A stretch of DNA of 40,803 nucleotides from a virus. Lineage: Duplodnaviria; Caudoviricetes. Below are positions 16,953 to 25,722 of this stretch, in pieces (positions within the stretch are counted from its first letter, which is position 1; the number at the start of each line of letters is the position of its first letter). Location: the IMG/VR virus record IMGVR_UViG_3300048856_000136, positions 1 through 40,803 of that record; one strand, written 5' to 3'. The notes below the pieces were generated by a model that did not search any database, was not told where the DNA came from, and saw only the letters and a list, made by a program, of their open reading frames with translations. Position numbers and translations under genes: made by a program.

Positions 16953-16976
16953 AGCCAACCACCATCATACTCCACT

Positions 16977-17054
16977 GTTAATGAGAATGATTACGAATTG
17001 CAATGGAGATAGTTGCGGAGTGCAATCATTACGGCGCAAATGATATTCATTATC
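16977..17054. promoter_or_regulatory. Two Fur-box-like sites
   Basis: GCAAATGATATTCATTATC (17036-17054, 16/19 to consensus) and GTTAATGAGAATGATTACG (16977-16995, 14/19). Confidence 0.5.
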
Positions 17055-17059
17055 AATTA

Positions 17060-17140
17060 GCGGGGAGGGCGGGGCAAAAGTTCAGGGCTTTGGGCTCAAA
17101 GGACCGCCGCCTAACTTTTTTTCACACCGCCGCAGGTTAC
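17060..17140 (+). other. HK97-type cos region
   Basis: G-rich run, then CGCCGCCTAA (17105-17114) resembling the HK97/HK022 3' cohesive end, between HNH and terS. Confidence 0.65.
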
Positions 17141-17190
17141 AAAACTTTTTTAGGGGACCCTGAAGGTTCTATCAATAGGAGTTTTCAATC

Positions 17191-17664
17191 ATGTCTGGAC
17201 CGCCGAGAATCCCGACGGCTCTGCGTTTGGTTAAGGGGAACCCATCCAAACGGGCTTTGAACAAGGCTGAGCCAAAACCGCCTTCAGGGGTACCCCTAAT
17301 TCCGAAGCATTTTAATAAACAGGAAAAGTACTGGTTCAAACGGATCGGTGAGGAGCTGGACTGCTCCGGGGTTATTTCCAAACTTGATGGCATGGCGCTT
17401 GAGCTATTAATTGGCGCATATGTCGAATGGCGTAAACACCGCGACGTAATCGATCAGGTTGGTGAGACTTACAACGTGACCAATATGGCGGGGGAAACTT
17501 TGGTAAAGGCTCATCCGCAGGTTGCGATGATGTCCGATGCCTGGAAACGTCTGCGGGCAATGATGTCTGAATTCGGCATGACTCCAGCTTCTCGCAGCAA
17601 AGTTAGCAGCGACGGGCAGGGGGAGGCTGATCCTCTGGAAGAATTTCTTAAAAAGCGCAAATGA
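17191..17664 (+). CDS. terS: Terminase small subunit (P27 family)
   Basis: PTALRLVKGNPSKRALN..EFGMTPASRSK. Confidence 0.92.
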   Translation: MSGPPRIPTALRLVKGNPSKRALNKAEPKPPSGVPLIPKHFNKQEKYWFKRIGEELDCSGVISKLDGMALELLIGAYVEWRKHRDVIDQVGETYNVTNMAGETLVKAHPQVAMMSDAWKRLRAMMSEFGMTPASRSKVSSDGQGEADPLEEFLKKRK

Positions 17665-17667
17665 TGA

Positions 17668-19398
17668 ATGGCAACCGTTCAAGCTGGAATTCAGTACGCC
17701 GAGCGCGTGCTGTCTGGCGAGATTGTTGCTGGCGAACTGGTACGCCTCGCGTGCCAGCGATTCCTCAATGATTTAGAGCATGGGCCGGAACGCGGTATCT
17801 ACTTCAGTGAGGACCGCGCTCAGCACATTCTCGACTTTTACAATTTTGTTCCGCATGTCAAAGGTGTACTGGCAGGCAAGCCGATTGAGCTGATGCCGTG
17901 GCATGTCTTCATTCTGATTAACCTTTTTGGCTTCATTATCCCGCTGATTGATGAAATCACGGGTGAACAGATGCTGGACGAAGATGGCGACGGCGTCATG
18001 GTTCGCCGGTTCAGGACGGCTTATAACGAAGTCGCACGTAAAAACGCTAAATCAACAGTGTCTTCAGGTATCGGTCTTTACATGACCGGCGCTGACGGAG
18101 AAGGGGGCGCGGAGGTTTATTCAGCCGCAACGACCCGAGATCAGGCACGAATAGTTTTTGATGATGCCAAGAACATGATCAAGAAGGCCCCTCGCACGCT
18201 GGGCCGGTTATTTGGTCATGTAAAACTGAATATTCATCAGGAACGTTCCGCTTCAAAGTTTGAGCCGCTCTCAAGCGACGCGAATAACCTGGACGGCCTC
18301 AACATTCACTGTGGCATTGTCGATGAGCTCCACGCTCACCGTACGCGTGATGTATGGGACGTTCTGGAAACCGCAACCGGCGCACGCCTCCAGTCGCTGC
18401 TTTTTGCCATAACCACAGCCGGAACCAACAAAGAGGGGATCTGCTTTGAACAGCGCGACTACGCAATAAAAGTGTTGCGCGGCGTAGTTGACGATGACAC
18501 GTATTTTGCCGTGATTTACACGCTGGATGAAGAAGACGATCCGTTCGATGAGGCTAACTGGCCCAAGGCGAACCCCGGACTCGGCATTTGTAAGCGCTGG
18601 GACGACATGCGGCGACTGGCTAAAAAAGCCAGAGAACAGGTAGCCGCCCGGCCAAACTTCTTTACCAAACACCTGAACATCTGGGTAACCGCTGAAAGCG
18701 CCTGGATGGATATGGAGCGCTGGGCAAAAAGGGAGGGCATTGCAGATTCTGAAGAGCGTAAAAAATGGCCGCTATGGGTTGGCGTCGATTTGGCTAACAA
18801 AATTGATATCTGCGCGGCGGTGAAAGTATGGCGAGACCCGACAGGTAAAACCCATACGGAACCGAGGTTCTGGCTACCGGAGGGACGCATTGAGACAGCT
18901 CCGAACCACATTGCTGAGCTGTATCGCAAATGGTCTGACGCCGGTTTTCTGGAACTGACTGACGGAGACGTTATCGATCACGGCTTCATCAAAGCAGAAA
19001 TCGTTGAGTGGGTGAAAGGTGAAAGCCTGATGGAAATTGCCTTTGACCCATGGAGCGCCACGCAATTCAGCTTGGCGCTAGCCGAAGAAGGATTACCTCT
19101 GGTTGAAGTCGCCCAGACAGTAAAAAACCTTTCGGAATCCATGAAGTCAGTTCAGGCCGAAGTTTATGGCAGCAAAATCCATCATGACGGTAATCCCGTG
19201 ATGACCTGGATGATGTCAAACATAACCGTCAAGCCTGACAAGAACGACAACATCTTCCCGAACAAATCCACGCCTGAAAACAAAATCGACGGGCCGGTCG
19301 CGTTGTTTACTGCCAAAAGCCGACTGCTGGTAAATGGCGGAAACGATGCACAAGACCTGAGCGGCTTCTTTGATAATCCGATAATGGTAGGTTTTTGA
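17668..19398 (+). CDS. terL: Terminase large subunit
   Basis: Walker A ARKNAKST, Walker B IVDELH, nuclease GVDLA and KIDG. Confidence 0.96.
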   Translation: MATVQAGIQYAERVLSGEIVAGELVRLACQRFLNDLEHGPERGIYFSEDRAQHILDFYNFVPHVKGVLAGKPIELMPWHVFILINLFGFIIPLIDEITGEQMLDEDGDGVMVRRFRTAYNEVARKNAKSTVSSGIGLYMTGADGEGGAEVYSAATTRDQARIVFDDAKNMIKKAPRTLGRLFGHVKLNIHQERSASKFEPLSSDANNLDGLNIHCGIVDELHAHRTRDVWDVLETATGARLQSLLFAITTAGTNKEGICFEQRDYAIKVLRGVVDDDTYFAVIYTLDEEDDPFDEANWPKANPGLGICKRWDDMRRLAKKAREQVAARPNFFTKHLNIWVTAESAWMDMERWAKREGIADSEERKKWPLWVGVDLANKIDICAAVKVWRDPTGKTHTEPRFWLPEGRIETAPNHIAELYRKWSDAGFLELTDGDVIDHGFIKAEIVEWVKGESLMEIAFDPWSATQFSLALAEEGLPLVEVAQTVKNLSESMKSVQAEVYGSKIHHDGNPVMTWMMSNITVKPDKNDNIFPNKSTPENKIDGPVALFTAKSRLLVNGGNDAQDLSGFFDNPIMVGF

Positions 19399-20702
19399 TG
19401 AAAAAAGATAAGCAGCCGGGCAGGGTTAAGAGCGCTCTGTTGAACTGGTTGGGAGTACCCATCAGCCTGACCAACGGCACGTTCTGGCAGGAATGGATGG
19501 GGATGAGCAGCAGTGGGAAAGTGGTTACAGCAGATAAAGCAATACACCTCTCTGCTGTATGGGCGTGCGTCAGGCTGTTGAGTGAATCAGTTTCAACCCT
19601 GCCACTGAAGATATATGAGCGACAGGATGATGGCTCACGAAAGCTTGCTATGGATCATCCGGCTTACAAGGTGCTTTGCCGCCGCCCAAATCTGGAAATG
19701 ACACCGTCACGCTTCATGCTGATGGTAGTGGCCAGCATCTGCCTGCGAGGTAATGCCTTCATTGAGAAAAAAATGATTGGTGACCGACTGGTTTCACTGG
19801 TGCCTCTGCTGCCACAAAACATGGTAGTAAAGCGTATGGATAGTGGCTCTCTTGAGTACACCTATACAGAGGTTGAAACACAGCGCGTTATTCCCGCCAA
19901 ATATATCATGCACATTCGCGGCTTTGGCCTTGACGGTGTCTGCGGAATGATGCCTATGCAGGCAGGCCGGGATGTCATTGGTGCAGCGATGGCTGTTGAA
20001 GAGTCCGCCGCAAAGATTTTTGAAAACGGATTGCAGAGCTCAGGTTTTCTGTCTGCTGATGGTGCTCTGAACGAAGAGCAGCGAAGCCGACTCAGAGATT
20101 ACATGCAGAAATTTACCGGTTCGCGCAATGCCGGGAAGATCATGGTTCTGGAGGGCGGCATGAAGTACCAGAATGTCACCATGAACCCTGAAGCCGCGCA
20201 AATGCTTGAGTCCCGCGCCTTCGGTATAGAAGAAATTTGCCGCTGGTTTCGCGTACCGCCGTTTATGGTCGGACATGCTGATAAGCAAAGCAGCTGGGCA
20301 TCCAGCGTGGAAGGAATGAACCTTCAGTTCCTGACCAATACACTTCGTCCTCTGCTGGTAAACATTGAGCAGGAGATTTCTCGTTGCCTACTGGACGGTG
20401 ATGAAGACCTTTTTGCAGAGTTCTCGGTTGAAGGCCTGTTGCGTGCCGACAGTGCTGGTCGTTCTGCTTACTACACGACGGCTCTGCAAAATGGCTGGAT
20501 GTCGCGCAACGACGTGCGACGCCTGGAAAATATGCCACCAATAAAAGGCGGCGAAATTTATACCGTGCAACTAAACCTGACGCCGCTTGAGGACCTGAAG
20601 CAAAACAGTCAGGCGGCGCAGGCGGCGAATCTTCTCAAAGTTCATAACTACGTTTTCCCAGATATTCCTTTCGAAAAATCACCGCTTAAACAGGCGGCTT
20701 AG
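19398..20702 (+). CDS. HK97-family portal protein
   Basis: SAVWACVRLLSESVSTLPL, EEICRWFRVPP, GLLRAD. Confidence 0.95.
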   Translation: MKKDKQPGRVKSALLNWLGVPISLTNGTFWQEWMGMSSSGKVVTADKAIHLSAVWACVRLLSESVSTLPLKIYERQDDGSRKLAMDHPAYKVLCRRPNLEMTPSRFMLMVVASICLRGNAFIEKKMIGDRLVSLVPLLPQNMVVKRMDSGSLEYTYTEVETQRVIPAKYIMHIRGFGLDGVCGMMPMQAGRDVIGAAMAVEESAAKIFENGLQSSGFLSADGALNEEQRSRLRDYMQKFTGSRNAGKIMVLEGGMKYQNVTMNPEAAQMLESRAFGIEEICRWFRVPPFMVGHADKQSSWASSVEGMNLQFLTNTLRPLLVNIEQEISRCLLDGDEDLFAEFSVEGLLRADSAGRSAYYTTALQNGWMSRNDVRRLENMPPIKGGEIYTVQLNLTPLEDLKQNSQAAQAANLLKVHNYVFPDIPFEKSPLKQAA

Positions 20703-20713
20703 GAGCTATTCCA

Positions 20714-21562
20714 ATGACACTGAAAAGCCTTCCGGCTGCACCGGCGGGGCGTCCATCTGCGCTCCGAAATCGGGACCTGCCGTCTGCGGCAATGGATCGA
20801 TGGAACGGCGGCATAAAAGCCGCTAAGCCCGATGAAAACAGCATTTCAGTCTTTGATGTCATCGGCGCTGATTACTGGGGTGAGGGCATCACAGCAAGCC
20901 GTATCGCTGGAATTCTGCGTTCGATTGGCGGCGCAGACGTAACAGTGAATATTAACTCACCAGGCGGTGACATGTTCGAAGGCCTGGCGATTTATAACCT
21001 TCTGCGCGAATACGAAGGGAAAGTGACCGTGAAGGTGCTTGGCCTAGCTGCTTCAGCCGCCTCAGTTATTGCGATGGCTGGTGATGAGGTGCAGATCGGT
21101 CGTGGTGCTTTTCTGATGATCCATAACTGCTGGGTCTATGCAATGGGCAACCGTCACGACCTGGCACAAATCGCGTCAGATATGGAGCCGTTTGATAAAG
21201 CCATGGGCGATATCTATGCAGCTCGTACAGGACTGAGCGCAGATGACGTGGCCGCGATGATGGACAGCGAAACGTATATCGGTGGAAGTGATGCGGTAGA
21301 TAAAGGTTTTGCCGATCGCCTGCTGTCAGCCGACGAAATTTCTGACGACGACGACAGCCCGGCTGCGGCACTTCGCAAACTGGATGCTCTTTTAGCCAAA
21401 ACTGACGCACCGCGTTCTGAGCGTCGAAGACTTCTTAAAGCTTTATCGGGCAACAAGCCAGGCGCTGTTGCCAGTCCTGAAGGTATGCCGGGCGCTACCG
21501 ACGAAATCAACCCTGAAAATCTTGAACAACTTAAAAACGCGCTGGCCGCGTTCGGCAATTAA
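20714..21562 (+). CDS. ClpP-like head maturation protease
   Basis: INSPGGD, GLAASAAS, LMIHN. Confidence 0.93.
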   Translation: MTLKSLPAAPAGRPSALRNRDLPSAAMDRWNGGIKAAKPDENSISVFDVIGADYWGEGITASRIAGILRSIGGADVTVNINSPGGDMFEGLAIYNLLREYEGKVTVKVLGLAASAASVIAMAGDEVQIGRGAFLMIHNCWVYAMGNRHDLAQIASDMEPFDKAMGDIYAARTGLSADDVAAMMDSETYIGGSDAVDKGFADRLLSADEISDDDDSPAAALRKLDALLAKTDAPRSERRRLLKALSGNKPGAVASPEGMPGATDEINPENLEQLKNALAAFGN

Positions 21563-21571
21563 GGAAACAAC

Positions 21572-22789
21572 ATGTCTGAAGTAAATGAAATTCTGAAAAA
21601 AGTTACCGCCAGCATTGAAGAAGCTAACGGCAAATTCAGCGCGAAGGCTGAGGAAGCTCTGAAAGAAGCCAAAAAATCCGGCTCGCTTTCAGAAGAGACT
21701 AAGGCTGCTGTCGATAAGATGGCGTCGGAGTTCAATGCGCTTCGTGAAGCGGAAAAGACGCTGAAAGCCGCCCTTGGCGATTTGGAGCAGCACGTTGCAA
21801 ATATGCCGTTGAACAACGCTGCAAAAGTTATTGAAAGCGTAGGGCGTCAGGTTATCTCTTCAGAAGCGCTGAAAACCTTCGCTTCAGGGGTGGAAGGTAA
21901 CAAGCGCCTGAGCATTCCTGTTAAGGCTGCGCTGATTTCCGTTGACGTACCAGGCCAGATTGTCGCGCCGGATCGTCAGCCTGGCATTGATGCGCAGCCA
22001 AAACAACGTCTGTTCATCCGTGACCTCATCGCTCCGGGCCGCACCGCCTCAAACACCATTTATTGGGTGCAGCAGACAGGCTTTACCAATAACGCTAAAG
22101 CGGTTGCTGAAAACACAACCAAGCCTTACAGCGACATTGAGTTTGCCGAAAAAATCACGCCGGTTCGCACCATCGCGCACCTGTTCAAAGCGGCAAAACA
22201 GATTCTTGATGATATGCCACAGCTCCAGTCAACCATTGATGCTGAACTGCGCTATGGCCTGAAGTACGTGGAAGAGCAGGAAATTCTGTTCGGTGACGGC
22301 ACCGGCGCGCATCTGGAAGGAATTGTGCCGCAGGCATCGGCGTATGCCGCAGCGTTTGCCGTTGAAAACCAGAATGGCATTGACGATCTGCGTCTGGCAA
22401 TGCTTCAGGCGCAGCTGGCACGTTTCCCGGCTTCCGGTCACGTCCTGCATTTTATGGACTGGACAAAGATTGAACTGACCAAGGACTCCCTGGGTCGCTA
22501 CATTCTGGCTAACCCGGCTGCGCTGACCGGTCCGACGCTGTGGGGACTGCCGGTTGTGGCGACCGAAGCCGCCGCGTTTGTGGGTAAATTTCTGACCGGC
22601 GCATTTAATGCTGGCGCGCAAATCTTCGACCGCGAAGATGCCAACGTGGTTATCTCTACCGAGAACGCCGATGACTTCGAGAAAAACATGATCTCCATTC
22701 GCTGCGAAGAACGACTGGCGCTGGCAGTTAAGCGCCCGGAATCCTTCATCTACGGTACTTTTACCGCCCCGGCACCCGCTGGCGCGTAA
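21572..22789 (+). CDS. Major capsid protein (HK97 fold)
   Basis: Coiled-coil delta domain, DFEKNMISIRCEERLALAVKRP. Confidence 0.95.
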   Translation: MSEVNEILKKVTASIEEANGKFSAKAEEALKEAKKSGSLSEETKAAVDKMASEFNALREAEKTLKAALGDLEQHVANMPLNNAAKVIESVGRQVISSEALKTFASGVEGNKRLSIPVKAALISVDVPGQIVAPDRQPGIDAQPKQRLFIRDLIAPGRTASNTIYWVQQTGFTNNAKAVAENTTKPYSDIEFAEKITPVRTIAHLFKAAKQILDDMPQLQSTIDAELRYGLKYVEEQEILFGDGTGAHLEGIVPQASAYAAAFAVENQNGIDDLRLAMLQAQLARFPASGHVLHFMDWTKIELTKDSLGRYILANPAALTGPTLWGLPVVATEAAAFVGKFLTGAFNAGAQIFDREDANVVISTENADDFEKNMISIRCEERLALAVKRPESFIYGTFTAPAPAGA

Positions 22790-22834
22790 TTCATGACGGC
22801 GGCCTGCGGGCCGCTTTTCATTGAGGAGCACACC

Positions 22835-23017
22835 ATGAAACTGCGATCTATAAAGCCTATCTATCACGGCGGGACGGTCCTTACCGAAGGCACTGAATTT
22901 GAGACGCTGGAGCAACACGGACGCCAGCTGGTGGAACGTGGCTATACCGAAGAACCTGGTGCAAAAAAATCGTCCGACGATGAAGACGAAAAGAAAACCA
23001 AGGGCAAATCGAAGTAA
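22835..23017 (+). CDS. Small head-associated hypothetical protein
   Basis: GAGGAG RBS, located between MCP and connector. Confidence 0.7.
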   Translation: MKLRSIKPIYHGGTVLTEGTEFETLEQHGRQLVERGYTEEPGAKKSSDDEDEKKTKGKSK

Positions 23018-23026
23018 GGGGTTTTT

Positions 23027-23353
23027 ATGCTGACCGTTGAACAGGTGAAATATCACTGCAACCTTGAGCAGGACTTCACCGAGGATGATGCCTGGATAAC
23101 GGCCCGCATTAAAGCGGCGGCGCGGTATGTTGAAACGTATACCCGCCGCAGGCTTTATGAAAAGGCTGATGACCCGCTTTATCTGGCCGACCCTGATTCA
23201 CTTTTGTATGGCGAAGATATTGAAACGGCCATGCTGATGTTGATTGCTCACTGGTATGCAAACCGTGAAGCAGTGAACGTTGGCAATATAACTTCAGCAC
23301 TGGACTTTGCTGTTGAAGCGCTTTTACAGCCTTACCGGATTTATGGCGTATGA
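23027..23353 (+). CDS. Head-tail connector (HK97 gp6-like)
   Basis: LMLIAHWYANRE..LLQPYR. Confidence 0.9.
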   Translation: MLTVEQVKYHCNLEQDFTEDDAWITARIKAAARYVETYTRRRLYEKADDPLYLADPDSLLYGEDIETAMLMLIAHWYANREAVNVGNITSALDFAVEALLQPYRIYGV

Positions 23354-23691
23354 GAGCCGGACCTCTGCGTTACCGGGTTACGCTGCAAAAACCCGCTACA
23401 GGTCGACTTCCTTCAGGTCAGCCAGCAACCGGATGGGTCGATGTTAAGAGCGTGAGAGCGTCGATTAGTGATGTTTCTGGTCGCGAACTGCTGGACTCAG
23501 GCGCGGAAATTTCAGGAACCACATCACGCATCTGGATTCGGCGCGTGCCACGAGTGGTTATCAGTGCAGGCTGGCGTATTGTTCATAACCCACCTACCGG
23601 AAACGGTGCGGTCTATGACATTAAGTCAGCCATAACGGCTGAAAACGGCACACGTCTGGAACTGCTTTGTGAGAAGGGGGTTAAACAGTGA
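23350..23691 (+). CDS. Head closure protein (HK97 gp7-like)
   Basis: MRAGPLRYRVTLQ..LELLC. Confidence 0.87.
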   Translation: MRAGPLRYRVTLQKPATGRLPSGQPATGWVDVKSVRASISDVSGRELLDSGAEISGTTSRIWIRRVPRVVISAGWRIVHNPPTGNGAVYDIKSAITAENGTRLELLCEKGVKQ

Positions 23692-24134
23692 TTAGCTCTA
23701 ACCTCGATTTTTCTGGGCTGAATGACATTGCCCGCGAACTTGAGTTGCTGAGTAAGGCCGAGAGCAAACAGGTATTGCGTCGTTCTGTCCGGGCTGGTGC
23801 CGAAATCATTCAGCAGGAAGTCGCAGACACAGCGCCGGAAAAAACCGGCAAGCTTAAACGAAATATCGTTGTGCTCTTTGGTAAAGGAGCGCCGGGTGAA
23901 GCGGTTGCAGGCATTCATATTCGTGGCACAAATCCCGATACGGGCAACAGCGATAACAAAATGAAAGCCTCATCGCCTAATAACGCTTTTTACTGGCGTT
24001 ATCTGGAGAACGGGACATCCAAAATGCCTGCGCATCCGTTTGTCCGACCGGCTTACGACAAGAAGCAGGAAGAGGCCGCAAAAGCGGCTTTTGACGAACT
24101 CAATAAAGCGATTGATGAGGTGCTGTCAAAATGA
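23688..24134 (+). CDS. HK97 gp10-family protein
   Basis: APEKTGKL, FYWRYLENGTSKMPAHPFVRPA. Confidence 0.9.
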   Translation: MISSNLDFSGLNDIARELELLSKAESKQVLRRSVRAGAEIIQQEVADTAPEKTGKLKRNIVVLFGKGAPGEAVAGIHIRGTNPDTGNSDNKMKASSPNNAFYWRYLENGTSKMPAHPFVRPAYDKKQEEAAKAAFDELNKAIDEVLSK

Positions 24135-24460
24135 CCGAAGCCGATATTTTTCCGCTTATTGGTGAGCTGGCTGGCGGTAATGTTTTCCCTTACGTTGCGC
24201 CGTCCGGGACGCCAGCACCGTGGATCGTTTTCCTGCTTCCTTCTGCTGTTTCGGAGGACGTGTTTTGCGGCCATGCGGAGAAGGTTACTACGCTGCAGGT
24301 AGATGTCTGGTCACAATCCACTGATGAAGCCCGCACCATTCGCAATCAGGTACAGGCTGCGCTTCAGCCGCTGCATCCCGTATCTCTTAATGAAAGCAAC
24401 GACTACGAGTCTGACACGTCCCTTTACCGGGCAACGCTGGAAGTTCAGCTCTGGACTTAA
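24131..24460 (+). CDS. Tail terminator (DUF3168)
   Basis: LQVDVWS, YESDTSLYR, synteny. Confidence 0.8.
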   Translation: MTEADIFPLIGELAGGNVFPYVAPSGTPAPWIVFLLPSAVSEDVFCGHAEKVTTLQVDVWSQSTDEARTIRNQVQAALQPLHPVSLNESNDYESDTSLYRATLEVQLWT

Positions 24461-24510
24461 CCCCCTGAATCAGCCGCCTCCGGGCGGCTTTTTACTATCT
24501 GGAGATACCC

Positions 24511-24966
24511 ATGTCCTCAAAGTACGAAAAAACGCAGGGAACGAAAATCAACGTTTCCGCCGAGCCTGCAACCGAGGCGAATCCGTCAGGGGCGATCTGG
24601 CAGAGCATCAACTGCTCTACCAAGGAGATCAGCTTTACTGGCGGACAGAAGTCCGACATTGAAACCACCACGCTCTGCTCCACTGAGCAGGAGATGACAA
24701 ACGGGCTGGCCGCACCGGGTGAAGTCACCCTGTCGGGAAACTGGTCTGCTGATGAGGTGGGACAGGAAACGCTGCGTCAGGCCTATGACGGCGACACGCT
24801 GCATGCCTTTCAGGTGATTTTCCCTTCCGGTAATGGCTATGCGTTTCTGGCAGAAGTGCGCCAGAACAGCTGGAGCGTCTCAACGGCTGGCGTCGTGACG
24901 GCATCCTTTACCCTGCGCGTTAAGGGCAAACCCGTTCCCGTGCTTCCTGCGCCTGTAACACCTTAA
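24511..24966 (+). CDS. Major tail tube protein
   Basis: MSSKYEKTQGT..GGQKSDIETTTLCS, synteny. Confidence 0.88.
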   Translation: MSSKYEKTQGTKINVSAEPATEANPSGAIWQSINCSTKEISFTGGQKSDIETTTLCSTEQEMTNGLAAPGEVTLSGNWSADEVGQETLRQAYDGDTLHAFQVIFPSGNGYAFLAEVRQNSWSVSTAGVVTASFTLRVKGKPVPVLPAPVTP

Positions 24967-25014
24967 TGGCAGCGGCGAAAGCCGCTTTTCCTGATTCATT
25001 ACGAGAAGAATAAA

Positions 25015-25407
25015 ATGGCAAAAGACGCATCACGCAATCCTCTTCGCGCTCTGGCACTGGCCCCGATGGCGGGATTTCGCAGCAAGATCGTTGCGGTCCC
25101 TGAATGGGAAAATGCAAAAGTTAAGCTGCGTGAGCCCTCCGGTGAAGGCTGGCTTGAATGGCAGCAGATTATTAATCCTGACCCTGAAGGAAAAGAGGAA
25201 AACCTGACCGCCGCTCAGCGTGCACTGCGCAACAAAAGTGCTGATGTCGTGCTGTTCATTGACGTACTGCTTGATGAAGACGATATGCCGGTATTCACCG
25301 CCGAGGATCGCCCGCAGGTTGAGCAGATTTATGGTCCGGTCCATGCGCGACTTCTGAAGCAGGCGCTTGACCTGAGTACGTCGCAGGCCGCTGCGGAAGC
25401 AAAGTAA
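25015..25407 (+). CDS. Tail assembly chaperone (G)
   Basis: VPEWENAKVKLREPS, YGPVHARLLKQA. Confidence 0.85.
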   Translation: MAKDASRNPLRALALAPMAGFRSKIVAVPEWENAKVKLREPSGEGWLEWQQIINPDPEGKEENLTAAQRALRNKSADVVLFIDVLLDEDDMPVFTAEDRPQVEQIYGPVHARLLKQALDLSTSQAAAEAK

Positions 25408-25700
25408 AAGAGCCCGGCACGTTTTTCCTGATGGCACTGGCGCTGCGTCTGGGGCGCACTCTGCACGAACTTAAAAGCACCCTGACGGCAAGTGAACTCA
25501 GAATGTGGATTGAGTTCGACCGCGTGAATCCAATCAGTGACCGTCGCGGAGATATTCAGGCTGCTCAGGTTGCTACTGCCGTGCTGAATTCTCAGGGGGC
25601 AAAAGTGAAGCTGGATGATGTGCTGCTTCAGTGGCGGGAGCCTGAACCTGTGGAGGAATCTGACGGGCTCGAAAACTTCTTTGCTGCGCTGGCAGGTTAG
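25404..25700 (+). CDS. Tail assembly chaperone T part, reached by a -1 frameshift
   Basis: GCA AAG TAA ends G. The -1 frame is open (VKEPGTFFLMALAL...) and in frame with ORF 25431..25700. Confidence 0.75.
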   Translation, partial: VKEPGTFFLMALALRLGRTLHELKSTLTASELRMWIEFDRVNPISDRRGDIQAAQVATAVLNSQGAKVKLDDVLLQWREPEPVEESDGLENFFAALAG

Positions 25701-25722
25701 CGCAGCCATTACAAGGTAATTT

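Noticed and set aside
17003-17260. 85-aa ORF
   Set aside because: Spans cos and Fur-like sites and overlaps terS; no recognisable motif.
22229-23056. 275-aa antisense ORF, and other shadow ORFs over structural genes
   Set aside because: Opposite well-conserved capsid/tail genes; codon-bias artefacts.
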